Assembly: GCF_009914755.1 (NCBI RefSeq)
Contig: NC_060929.1
DNA from: the human T2T-CHM13v2.0 reference genome, Homo sapiens
Length of the DNA stretch: 64,000 nt
Strand: one strand, 5' to 3'
This document shows, piece by piece, positions 29,867-42,915 of this stretch. Below the pieces are notes generated by a model. The model was not told where the DNA came from. It saw only the letters and a program-made list of their open reading frames with translations, and searched no databases. How positions within the stretch are numbered: position 1 is the first letter of the stretch; the number at the start of each line of letters is the position of its first letter. The position numbers were made by a program, and so were the translations under genes.

Positions 29867-32800
29867 TAGTTGGGCACCTTGGCCTAATTAGGAACCCAGG
29901 CCTAAGGCTCCACCTACTGATCTTCCTTTCTCCCAGAAGCCCCTGGATATCCTATCATATTTACAAGCTTTAGTCTTCAGTCATTGAGTTTCTACTAACT
30001 ACTGAGATTTCGGAAGATGGCTCATCAGGCTGGGACAGCCATTATCCAGACCACTCACTGCCTAAGATATCTCTTTCATTATTTATGTCACCCATCATTC
30101 CTCTGAGACATCTTGTTTGTCTTCACCACATGACAGAGAAGAAGCACAAATCTCAAGATTTATTGGTTCTTTAGACCTTGTCTTTCCGCTCTGTAATTTA
30201 AAAATGTATTTCCTATTTAAAATCTCCTTCTTCCAGAAATTTCTCATTCTACCAAAACCAGTGGTGCTTTCCCTTCATCTACTCAAACCATACCCCATAG
30301 TTCAGGACCCTACTCAAGTTTCACCTGTTGCAGAAAATCCCTGATGCTCCAGCCCTGTGTGATCTATGCCAACTTTGAAACTCTCATGTATATATTCTGT
30401 ACCACCTTGTTTTAGGCCCACATTTTATACAAGCTTAGATTTAGTCAAATTGTTTTATATATTGTTCTTATCTTCCTAACTAGAGTAGGGACTCCTTAGA
30501 GGAAAGAATTAGCCTTTATACTATCTTCCCATTCCCACAGAGACCAGTAAACTTCAGGACCTGAAGAAGATGTCAAATACACACCAGTTACTAAATAGAT
30601 AAATATTATATTTCATTTCTACTTTATAAATTATAATACAGTAATATTTCTGCCACTAGCTACAACAGATTCATTTTCTCTGAAATTACCATATTAATTT
30701 ATAAAAACATTGGTCATCTATTTAAAAAGTTGTTTATAATATTTATAAAAAAGTTATGAACTTTGCAATAAAAAATCATCCCTTCTAGGAATAAATTATT
30801 TCAGCTAACAAGCATTTAAGTTTAATCCCTACCTTCCAGAAGCTTGCATTCTCATGAGAGAAAGAGGCATGTCAATAAATTAAGATGTAATGTAAAAAGT
30901 GCTTCCAAAGAGACAAAGTCTACCACATCAAAGGCCAGAAAGGAAGGAACAACTCCCAGAGGTTCTCTAATCAAACTCTACAATCAAATGATTATTATCC
31001 CACACAACTTTGAGGATACAAAGTCTAAGCCAATTTTTAAAACTTGCCTTTATTGTATAAAACTAGAGTGCTTTAAAACAATAAGATTTATAATTTGTAT
31101 TGAGGTTCACAGCAAAATAGGCAGTAAAATAAGAAATAATTAAAAATTAAAAATCATAACAAAAATCATATTTGGAGAATGTAGATTTGGCAAAAATATG
31201 AGGTGTGAAGTCATATTAATGAAAGTATCATTAGCTTTTTATTCAAAATAAAAACCGCACTCATCTGAAGCATCTGTATGTTTCAACCATGTTATTTACT
31301 GTGGTTTTGTTTTTTCATGCAGTGCAATTCCTTGTACACATGCCTGGGGACTGGCATAGGTTCAGTTGGCTTTTATTTGGGCCTATCTTTTGTTAAAAAT
31401 TAGTGTAAGATGAAAACACTGTCTTCATTTATTTTGCAATACTGATATTACGTGACAATTTCAAGATCTCACTGTAGATCAGTGTACACATCAAATGTGT
31501 GTCTTAAACCTCTTTGAATTTATTGTGAATGTTCATTTTTACATCTTCTTTTTACATTTCATGATTTTATTATCTCTATTACGTATGTATGAAATATGAT
31601 AATTAAATTTCGTTTTCTTCCAGAAGCAAATGGAGTAGAGTTTTGATATAACTTGCTTTGAAATAAGTTCATCTGATAAGTAGTGGCTTGTAGCAAGGGA
31701 AAGCAGTAAGGCTTACAGATCTTGAAAAGAAATTTAGAATAGTAACTTAAATAAAGAGTAGTCTATGGTGGAAGGAGAAACAAGTATGAAATCTAAAGAA
31801 GAAAAAAATATGCATCATCTGTTGCTTTTTCTAAATTATGGTTGACAGTTGAAGCAAAAATTATAACACTTTCTGATGCGGTTCTAAATGTATATAGAAG
31901 AAATACTTAAGACAATTATATAATAAAAGGAGGAGGAAGGGATTTAAAGAAAGATGAGATTTCTATACTTCATTTAACTGGTAAAATTGTGAAACTAATA
32001 GACTATAATAAATTATGTGCATATAATATAATAACAAAAGCAATCATTAAAAAAATTTATACATTCAAAAACACTACAGATAAATCAAAATGGAATTATA
32101 AAAAACACTCAAGTAATCCACAGGACAACAAGAAAAAGAAAAAAGTAAAATGAAACCTGAGAGACCAAACAAAACAAAAACTAAAATAGCAGACTTAAGC
32201 CCAAATATATCAATAATTACATTAAGTATAAATTTTCTAAATATACCTGTGAAAAGACAGAGATTGGAAGAGTTGATTGAAAAACATAAGCAAACTATAT
32301 GTTGTCTAAAAGCAACTCACTGTAAATATAATGATACAAGTAAGTTAAAAGTAAAAGATCAAAAAAGATAGATATGCCAACATTAACCAAAGGAAAGCAG
32401 GAGTAGCTACTTAATATCAGACAAAGTCAACTTCAGAGCAAAGAAAATGACCAGAGACTATGAGGAATATTATCTAATGATAAAAAAGGTAAATCCACAT
32501 AAAATATATAGCAATCCTAAATGTGTATGTACCAAATAACAGAGCTACAAAATATGTGGAGCAAAAACTGGTAAAACTGAAAAGAGTAATAGACAAATCC
32601 AAATAAGGCTGGATACCTCAACGTCCCTGTAGAATGACTGACAGAAGTAGACAGAACATCAACAAGGATATAGAAAGACTGAACAACATCATCAGTCAAA
32701 AGGATCTAATTCACATTTTCTGGACACTTCGTCCAATAACAGCTGAACACTCATTCTTTTCAAGTGACTGTGGATTATATACCAGGATAGACCATACTCT

Positions 32801-33600
32801 GGACTGTAAAACAGACTTCAACAAATCGAAAAAATAGAGTGTATTTTCCCACCATAATGGACTCAAAGTAGATATAAATAACAGAAAGAAGACAGGAAAA
32901 TCTTCAAACACTTTGAAACTAAACAACATAATTTCTAATAACCCATGGGTCAAAGAGGAATTCTCGGGGAAGTCAAAAAATACACTGACCTGAATGACAA
33001 TGAAAATACACATATCAAAATTTGTGAGTACAGCTAAAGCAAGGCTAAAAGAAAATGTTATAGCACGAAATTGTTATATTAGAAAAGAGTAAGTCTCAAA
33101 CAATCTAAACTACTACCTCAGGAACCTAGAGAAAGAAGTGCAAAATAAACAAATCAGGCAGAAGGAAGTACATCTTCAAAATAAGAGCAGATGAATGAAA
33201 ATGAAAAGCAGAAAAAAAATAGAGACAACCAATGAAACAAAGAGCTATTTCTTATAAAACTTTAATAAAACTGACTAGCCTCTAATAAAGAGAGAAAAAG
33301 AAAAAGAGAAAAATTACCAGTATCAGAAATTAAGCAAAGGATATCACTAAAAACTCTGGAAACATCAAAAGGTTAAGGAAATACTATGAACAACTCTACA
33401 CACATAAATTTGACAACTTAGATAAAATAATTCAATTTCTTAAAAACCACAAACTACTACAGCTTATCCAATATGAAACAGACCATTTGAATAGTCCTAT
33501 AACTATTAATCTGTAATCTAAAGACTGTCCCCTACCACCAGTTCTTGCAGTTCATATGGTTTCACTGGAGAATCCTACCAAACTTCTAAAGAAGAATTAA

Positions 33601-36600
33601 TAGAGAGCTGATGTCAGTAAGATGGTAGAACAGGAAGCCCTGAATCCTCCTTCACCTAATGAATATACCAATTCAGCAACCATTTCTGGACAAATTCATA
33701 TTGTGAGAAATCCAGAGACTAATTGTAAGGCTCCTGCACCCCAGATGAACATGAAACTAGACTTATCAAAGCTAGTACAGATATTTGGGTACCCTGTCAC
33801 CAGAATTCCTATCCCTGGCAGAGCACCTTAAATTCATAAGTGATGCACAAGTTTCCAGCTTCTCTGAAGGGAAGGAAAGAGTTGGTCTGCATGTTCAATA
33901 TCCTAATTTCTGCAGAAGCTATACAAGGAACTGGATTCTGTCTTGCCTGTCTCAGATCACTCACAGGTCCAGCATAAGCTAGCTACAATGGGGGAGAACA
34001 GAGACTGCAACTTGGGCTAGTAGTAACCATAGCCTTCCCCAGCTCAGCACAGAGCAAACAGACAAAAAACAAAACAAAACAAAAAGCAAAAAACAGCCAC
34101 TAACATCCTCCCTGGAAAGGGAAATAATTGGTCTGTGTATCTAATGCCTCAACTTTTTCAAGGGCTGCCAAAAGAACTGGCCTCTATCTTACCTGTTCCA
34201 GTGACTGACAGGACAAGGCATACCCTAGACACCCTGGTACTGAAAAGAACATAGAAAGCAAGTTGGACCAAAATGAAGGCTTGGGGGCCCACAGAGTCCC
34301 TGACCAGGCTGATTGGTGAGGGTCTTTTCCTGCACAAGGCCAATTCATGAAATCTGAGAGAAGAGATCACTTTGTCTAATGCATAAACGCTAGCATAGAG
34401 AGTCAAAGAAAATGAAGAAATAGGCAAATATGTTCCAAATTCCTGACAAATATTTCAAACTAACCATCGTAAAGATGCTCACCAAGGTTGGGAAAACGAG
34501 GTCATGCATGAACAAAGTGAGAATTTCAACAAAGCCATAGTAAACATTAAAAAGTGTCAAACAAATCATAGAACTGAGGAATACAATAACTGGACTGAAA
34601 AATTCACTACAGGAGTTCCACAACATACTAGATAAAGCAGAAGAAAGGATTGGTGAACTCAAAGGCAAGTCATTGGAAATTCTTCAATCAGAGAAGGAAA
34701 AAGTAAAGAAAGCTTAAGGGGCTTATGGAGACCATCAAGTGGACCAATACACACCTTATAGAAGGAAATGAAGGAAATGAGAAAGTATCAAAAAGCTTAT
34801 TCAAAAAAATAATGGATGAATACTTCCCAAATCCACAGAAGGAAATGGGACAAACTAGAAACAGAAGGAAAGTATCTCAACATAATAAGTACCACAGCTA
34901 ATATTATACTCAAAGTAGAAAACCTGACAAGTTTTCCTCTCAGATCAGGAACAAGGCAAAGATGCCCATTCTCACCACTTCTAGTTAACAGGCACTGGAA
35001 GTCCTAGCAGAGTAATTAGGCAAGAAAAAGAAATAAAAGGTATCCAAATCAGAAAGGAAGAAGTAAAATTGTCCTTGTTTGCCAATGCTATGATTTTATA
35101 TAGAGAATATCATAAAGACTCAATTAAGAAACTGTTAGAACTAATAAATTTAGTAAAATTGCAGAATACAAAATCAACATACAAAAATCAGTTACATTTT
35201 TATGCAATAACAATGAACTATCTGAAAAGAAAATTAGGAAAACAATCTCACTTTCAATAGTACCAAAAAAAAATACTTAGTAATAAATTTAATCAAGGAG
35301 ATGAAAGATTTGTACACTGAAAACACAAAATACTGATGAAAGAAATTAAACAGACACAAGCAAATGGAAATACATACCCACTTCATAAATTGGAAGATGT
35401 AATACTGTTAAAATTTCTACACTACCCAAAGAAATCTACAAATTCAATACAAACTCTGTCAGAATCCCAATGGCACTTTTTACAGAAATGGAAAAATAAT
35501 CTAAAGTTGATATGGAGCCACATAAGACCCCAAATAGCCCAACAAATCTTAAGAAAAACAAAGCTGGAAAATCACATTTCCTGATTTCAAAATGTATTAC
35601 AAAGTGATAGTAATTAAAACAGTATAGTACTAGCATAAAGAACAACATATACTCCAATAGAACAGGATAGAGCTGAGAAATAAATCCACACAGATGTGGT
35701 CAACTGATCTTTGAAAAGGTGCCAAGAATACACGATAGGGAACAGATAGCCTCTTCAATAAATGGTATTGGGAAAACTGGATATCCACATACAAAGAACG
35801 AAACTGGACCCTTATCTTATACCATATATAAAAATCAACTTAAATGGATTAAAGACTTAAATGTAATCCCAGAAAATATAAAACTCCTAGAAGAAAACAG
35901 GGGAAATCTTCATAACATTGTTCTTGGCAATGAATTTATGGTTAGAACACTAAAAGTAGACAAGTGGAATTACATCACACTAAAAAGCTCTGTGCGGAAA
36001 TGGAAACAATCAACAGAATAAACAGGCAACCTACAGAATGGGAGAAAATATTTGCAAGCCATATATCAGATAAGGGGTTAATTTCTAAAATATATAAGGA
36101 ATACTCCTACAACCCAATAACAAAAAACAAACAAACAAAAACAAAGTCCTAAAAACTAGGTAAAGGATTTGAATAGGCATATACACATTTCTCCAAGGAA
36201 GGCATACCAATGGCCAACAGACATATGAAAAGGTATTCAACATCACCAATCATCAGCAAAATGCACAAAACTACAAATGAGATATCACCTCATACCTGTC
36301 AAGATGGTTACTATAAAAAAAAAAAGAGAGAGAAAGTGTTGGTGAGGAGGTAGGGAAATTAGAATCCTTGTATTTGGCTTGTGGGAATCCAAAATAATGC
36401 AGCCACTGTGGAAAACAGTATCAAAGTTCCTAGAAAACTTAAAAACAGAACTACCATATGATCCCAAAATCCCACTGTCAAATATTTATCAAAAAGAATT
36501 GAAATCTTGTCATTAAAGAGATATCAGCAGTTCCATGTTTACTGCAGCACTATTTACAAAAGCCAAGATGATTATGAACAGATTATTGGATAAAGAAAAT

Positions 36601-37041
36601 GAGATACATACATGCAATGGATATTATTCAGCCTTTAAAAAGAAGGAAATTCTGTCAATTTCAGCAACATGGATGAACCAGGGGAACACAACGATAAATA
36701 AAATAAGACAGTCACAGAAGGACAAATATTGCATTGGAAGTATATAACTGGAATCCTAGTTATATGAGAATAGTCATCTGAAATCTAAAAAGTGAAATTC
36801 ATAGAATTAAAGGGTAACATGGTGGTTGCCAAGGGATGGGGGAGGAATAAAAGGGGAGTTACCAATCAACAGGCATAAAGTTTCAGTTAAGAAAGATGAA
36901 TAAGTTCTAGAGATCTGCTGTATCTATAGTAAACAATACTGTATTATATATTTAAAATTTGTTATAAGGTTGATTCCATGTTAAGTGTTCTTACTGCAAT
37001 GAATTTTTTAATAAGACATTTTTTAAATGACTAGGGGAAAA
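33601..37041 (+). mobile_element. Nested L1MA9/L1MB1-like element with 5'UTR and a large internal deletion
   Basis: Starts with AAGATGG 5'UTR motif; ORF1 remnant; jumps to RT at ~34850; 3'UTR GCATAAAGTTTCAGTTAAGAAAGATGAATAAGTTCTAGAGATCTGC; TSD AAGAATTAA (33592-33600, 37042-37050). Confidence 0.85.
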
Positions 37042-37709
37042 AAGAATTAACTACAATCTACACAATCTATTCTAGAAAACAAAAGAAGATTAAACATTTC
37101 TTGATTCTTTATATTAAGCTAGAATACCCTAATACCAAAACCAAAGAGGTACTAAACAAAGAAAATGATGGACCAATATGCTTCATGACTATACATATTA
37201 AATCCTTCACCAAATATTAGCAAATAGAGTTTAGCAATATATGAAACAAATTACACAGCATGACCAAGTGGGGTTTATGCTGAAGATGCAAAGTCCAAAA
37301 TTTGAAAAAAATCCAATGTAATCCATTACATTAACAAGCTAAAGAAAAATTCATATGATCATATCAATCAATGCACAAAAAGAATTTGACAAAATTTAAC
37401 ACCAATTCACAATAAGAACTGACAGAAAAATAGGGATCACAGGGAAATTTCTGAACTTGATAAAAAGCACCTATAAGACACCTACAAGAACATACTTAAT
37501 GGTAAAAGACTGACTAATGTTCCTTAATATTGGGAACAAGCCAAGCATGGCTCTTTTTACCGCTGTTATTCAACATAATGCTGGAGATTCTAACCAATGC
37601 ATTAAGGTAGAAAAGGAAATAGAATACTTATAGAGTCTAAAGAAGGAAATTAAAATGCCTTTATTTGCAGATGACATGCTTGTCTACATAAACAATACCA
37701 AAGAATCTT

Positions 37710-37840
37710 AGAAGAAGAAGAAGAAGAAGAAGGGGGAGGAGGAGGAGGAGGAGGAGAAGGAGAAGGAGAAGAAGAAGAAAGAGAAGGAGGAGAAGGAAGA
37801 AGAGGAGGAGGAGGAGGAGGAGGAGGAGGAAAGAAAGAAA
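37710..37840. repeat. (GAA/GGA)n pure polypurine tract, 131 bp
   Basis: No pyrimidine on the + strand from 37710 to 37840. Confidence 0.97.
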
Positions 37841-39033
37841 CTCCTAAAAGTAATAAATGAGTTCATCAAGGTCATGGGACACAAAATAAATACAGAAAAA
37901 TAAATTGTATTTCTATATGCCAGAAATCAATGTGTGACCACTGCAGTTAGAAATATGATACTATTTGCAATTGCTCAAAAATGAAATAGATATAAATCTA
38001 CAAAATATTTACAGGACTTGTATACTCAAAATGACACAACACTAATCAAACAATGTCTAAATAAATGGAGAGACATTCCATGTTCACGGATTAGAAGACC
38101 AAATAGTAAATGTATCAGTTCTCCCCAAATTGGTTCCTACTAATATCTCAGCAAGAATGTTTTATAGATGTATACACTGATAATTCTAAAATGTTTATGG
38201 GAAAAATAGAAACTGGAATTGCTAAGACAATCTTGACAAAGAATAATAAAGTGGGAGACATGATTCTGCTGAATACTAAGTTTTACCACACAGCTATGGT
38301 GTGGTATTGCTAAAGAGATAAACACAGAGATCAATGCAACAGAATGGAGAACTCAGAAATAGCCCACATATAAATGCTCAACTGATTTTTGATAAAAAGC
38401 CAAAAGATATTCAGTGTAGAAAAGCCAGACTTTTCAATAGGTGGTAGAGCAGTTGGACCACCAGAGGCAAAAAAACTGTGACATAAACTTCACATCTTAC
38501 AGAAAAACTAATCTGACCTGTATTATAGACTTATATGCAAAATTCTTAGCTATAAAACTTTTAGAAAAATACAGAAGGAAATCTTTGGGATCTAGGATTC
38601 ACTAAGGAGTTCTCAGACTTGACACTAAAAATATGATCCATAAAAGGAAAAATTGGTAAACTGGATACTATGAAAATTAAAAAGTTTTACTGTGCAAGAG
38701 ATTCTATTAAGATACAAGTTACAGAATGGGAGAAAATATTTAAAAACTACATATCCAACAAACAAATCATGTTCAGAATATATTTTAAAAGCCCTTAAAA
38801 CTCAATAGTAAAAATCCAAGCAATCTAATTCAAAAAGGGGTGAAAGACATGAAGAGCGCTTTCACCAAAGATAATATACAGATGGCAGATAAGCACATGA
38901 GAAAATGTTCAACATCACTAGCCATTTTGGGGGAAAAGAGAAGAGGGGAGGAAGCAGAAGAGAAGTTAGTGTGGCTACAAAAGAGCCAAATGAGGGATCC
39001 TTGTGGTCATGAAAATGTTCTATACCTTGACTA

Positions 39034-39529
39034 CAGTAGTCCCTTCTTGTGCTCGGGGAATGCATTCCAAGACACCTAGTGGATGTCTGACACCATGGAT
39101 AGTTCAAAACATACACAGCTAGGGTAAAGTTTAATTTCTAAATTAGACACAGTAAGAAGTTAACAATAACATAATAAAATAGAACAATTACAATATGCCA
39201 GCCTCACTACTCTTGTGCCTTGGGGCCATTAGTAAGTAAAATAAGGGTTATTTGAATGCGAGCACTGTGATACCACTACAGTTGATGTGATGACCAAGAT
39301 AGCTACTAAGTGACTAAGGTAGATAGCATATACAAAGGGATGATTCATGTCCTGGGCAGGTTGGAATGGAATAGCAAGAGATTTCATCACGCTACTCAAA
39401 ACGGTGCAAAATTTAAAACTTATAAATTGTTTATTTCTGAAATTTTCCATTTAATATTTTCAGACCATGGTTAGCCACAGGTAACTGAAACTGTGGAAAG
39501 CAAAGCCAAGGATAAAGGAAGGACTATTG
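39034..39529 (+). mobile_element. MER44B (Tigger7-derived) DNA transposon
   Basis: TIRs CAGTAGTCCC / GGACTATTG, TA TSD (39032-33, 39530-31); internal GCTACTAAGTGACTAA and GAGATTTCATCACGCTACTCA. Confidence 0.88.
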
Positions 39530-39678
39530 TATATCAATGTCAATGCCCTGGTTGTGATATTATATGTTATAGCTTTGCAAGATATTATTGAGAGAAATGG
39601 GTAAAAAGTAGGCAAGAACTCTCTATATTATTTCTCACAGTTGCATGTGAATCTTACAGTTATCTCAAAATAAAAAGC

Positions 39679-40017
39679 TTTATTTTATTTTATTTTATTT
39701 TATTTTATTTTATTTTATTTTATTTTTATTTTAGTGGAGACAGGGTCTCACTCTGTCACCCAGGCTACAGTGCAGTAACACCATCACGGCTCACTGTAGC
39801 CTCGAACTCCTGGGCTCAAGCCATCCTCTTGCCTCAGCCTCCTGAGTAGCTGAGACCACAGGCATATGCAACTGTGCCCAGATAATTTTTGTATTTTTTG
39901 TAGAGATGGGGTCTCACCATGTTTCCCAGGCTGGTCTCAAACTCCTGGGCTCAAGCAATCTGCCCACCTCGACCTCCCAAAGTGCTAGGATTATAGATGT
40001 GAGCCACCATGCCCAAC
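39679..40017 (-). mobile_element. AluJ with (TTTTA)n tail
   Basis: J-type CACGGCTCACTGTAGCCTCGAACTCCTGGGCTCAAG; inserted at the L1MD polyA end. Confidence 0.92.
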
Positions 40018-40472
40018 AAAAACTTAACTTTAATATGTAGCCCAACATAATGGCTGGTATCTTTTACAAAAAATAAAACACAGAGACATCAAAAATCGTA
40101 AAGAATGAAAACTAGGCATCTTGTTTCCAAAATGTCTGCCTAACAGTATAAAATGGGAAGTGAATTGAAAGCATTAAAAGAAGCAATATACATGAGCAAA
40201 AACTAATCTCAAAGGTTGTATTTTTCCACACATATAATAAATTTTAAATATGTTATTTTTATATACATAGTGATGTAATAAATCAGTAATATAAAAAGTA
40301 AAGAATAAATTAATGTGTGCAGACATTTACATTTAAAATGTGTAAAAATATAAAAAGAATGGATTTTGAATTTTACATTGCTCCAAATTAAGGGTTCATT
40401 CAGAATAGTCACTGTTTAAGTAGACTCATATGCTTTGTTTCCATTAAATTATGCAGCAATTTAAAATAGGAA

Positions 40473-40878
40473 TGTATTGGTCTGTTCTCGCACTGTTATA
40501 AAGAAATATCTTAAACTGGGTAATTTGTAAAGAACAGAGGTTTAATTGGCTTGCAGTTCCACAAGCTGTACAGGAAGCATGATGACTTCTGGGCAGGCCT
40601 CAGGAAACTTTCAATTATGGTGGTAGGTGAAGGAGAAGCAGGCACGTCTTATGTGGCTGGAGCAGAAGGGAGAATGGAGGAAGGTGCCATACACTTATAA
40701 ACAACCAGATCTCATGAGCACTCACTCAATATCATGAGAACAGCACCCAGTGGGATGGTGTTAAACCATTAGAAACCAACTCCATGAGCCAATCACCTCT
40801 CACACGGCCCCACCTCCAACACTGAAGAATACAATTAAACATGAGATTTGAGCAGGGACACAGATCCAAACCATATCC
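40473..40878 (-). mobile_element. MSTA MaLR solo LTR
   Basis: TGTATTGGTCTGTTCTCGCACTG...CCAAACCATATC; 5-bp TSD AGGAA (40468-72, 40879-83). Confidence 0.9.
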
Positions 40879-41097
40879 AGGAAAAATGAAAGACAAGGCA
40901 AAAATGAATTTAGTCTAATATACTTTGGACGTCTAAAATAGTGCCAAAATTTTCATACTCATGATACATGCCATGATGTATATATACATCATATATCCGT
41001 TTCTGCATTTACAAAGAATATGCTCTTTTAACCCAGGTCATATGGTACCAGGAAGTCACTGCAAAATTAAATCAGGAAATTAGTGACCTAACTTTGG

Positions 41098-41100
<3 letters not shown>

Positions 41101-41135
<35 letters not shown>
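41101..41135. repeat. (TG)n microsatellite
   Basis: About 17 TG units. Confidence 0.95.
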
Positions 41136-41137
<2 letters not shown>

Positions 41138-41519
41138 CATTTACATATATACAAATGCTAAACAATCGGCTTAAATGTTTCTGTGAAATTGAGTCATTAT
41201 TAACTGACCACTTTGCCAAGTGTGTTCACATTTTAAATTACGCTGAGAAATGTTATACAGACGGCAGATACTAATTGGCTCATTGTTTGAGTGAAGTGAT
41301 TGGGTTAGGAGTTAACTAACCTGGTCAGTCCAGTCAAAGTAGTCATTCAGATTGTGTTATATAGGTACGTCTTAATGTTTTTAGGATCATAGACATTGTG
41401 GATAATGGTATTTTTTAAGATAATAAATACTTCAGAAACTCAAAGTTTCTTTTTGACTGATCTTTAGCAACATCCTTGGATTTGAGGAATAAAGAAGTGA
41501 TAAACATCAGTGTGTTATT

Positions 41520-42050
41520 AAGTCCTATCTTTCCTTCCTGGAGATAAACTCTACCTTTATTCTTCATTTCAACTTCAACCACCCTTGTTCTGGCTTTCAT
41601 CACTTATATTTAAATGCTGCTGCAACCTCCTTTCTGGTCTCTCTGCCTCTAATTGATTTTTCCTCCACTCCTTTCTGAGCACTGCACTTCTTAAAATACA
41701 TTTTTCTATTTTCACTCCCCAACTCAGGGCTCCATCATGATTCAGTGTCGTCAACTCCTCTAGCCCTTCCCAATCTATTCCAATCTCCCTATTGAGTCTT
41801 GCTTCCTGCAGTTCACACCCCCATACACTTCACCCCAAGCAAGTAAGTGTCCTCACATGCCCCTGTGATTACCCAAATCTGCTCTCATGTCTGAGATTTT
41901 CCTGCCTGAAAATATTCCCCTATCAACCCCACTGCATTCTCTTTCAACCTTCCTCTAATTTCCATGCCACCCATACTTCAAGGCCAAGCTCAAGACTACC
42001 ATCTTCAACAATCCTTCACTTCCCAGCCTGCAGTCATTGTTGTTCCTGAT
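41520..42050 (+). mobile_element. Degraded L2 fragment
   Basis: CTGCAACCTCCTTTCTGGTCTCTCTGCCTC, CATACTTCAAGGCCAAGCTCAAG; pyrimidine-rich L2 pattern. Confidence 0.55.
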
Positions 42051-42496
42051 TGTCCTCTTATCCAATTCATTCATTCATCTGCTCTACGCAAATATCTTGA
42101 GGTCTTATTTGAGTGTCAGTTACTTTGTTTATTGTAGTACTTCTTTCATATCACTTAGTTTTGATCTATGATTAATATATTTGTCAAATAAAACGGATCA
42201 TGCCTTAATCTTCTTTTCCAGATCCCTCAGTACTCAGCAGTGTAGTTGGCATATTATCATCACCATTAACACCACCAATAACAAACATCAACTGAACTGC
42301 TTCTACCTATAGTCAGTACTCTCCTTGACCCTGAAAACTCAAAGATGTAAGATCGGACCCTGTAACCACAGTTTAGGTGGGGAAAAAATTGCCAAATGAA
42401 TGGTGTGTACTATAATGTTAGAAGGCCTCAGATGCAGGCACAAGCACTGAGAGAGAGCATGATGAAAGTGATGCGGCTCTAAGTGTTTTACGTTGT

Positions 42497-42915
42497 TGTA
42501 GTGGTTCCTACAGTGACCCACCCAGCCTCTTCGGGACTAATGCACCCATTTCAAGCTGCTGGGACTATCAATATCAACTTCTATACCCCTCATGGGTGAT
42601 TGCCTGCAGCTGCACAGGATTACAGCCCCTCCCAAGGGGAAACCCACAGGCAATGATTAGTTTATTCAGGGAAATAGAGGCCCAGGCGCCTTTGTTTCAA
42701 TTTGAGTCAACTCTGAAGGCCCATTTAACCTCAGAGCTCCTGCTAAGATCTATGGAGACCTCACTTGCAGCCACACTTCAGCTTCTCACTCTATCCAGTA
42801 CTTCACTGATTACTTCTTTTTAAGTTATCTTCCAAAACCACTCTCCAATAAAACTTCAGCTTGTGCATGCAACTTCCCATCTCACAGTCTGGTTCCAAGG
42901 ATCCCAATCTACTTT
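42497..42915 (+). mobile_element. ERVL solo LTR (LTR16-like)
   Basis: CAACTCTGAAGGCCCAT, CCAATAAA, TGCATGCAACTTCCCATCTCACAGTCTGGTTCCAAGGATCCCAA. Confidence 0.7.

Larger units (their letters stand above)
31800..39678 (+). mobile_element. Old L1M (L1MD-like) host element, split by nested insertions
   Basis: Inter-ORF and EN remnants 31.8-33.6 kb (ORF-track 32150, 32634 resemble EN), RT remnants 37.05-38.9 kb (TTTGCAGATGACATG), 3'UTR GAGGGATCCTTGTGG...TATCTCAAAATAAAAAG. Confidence 0.85.
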
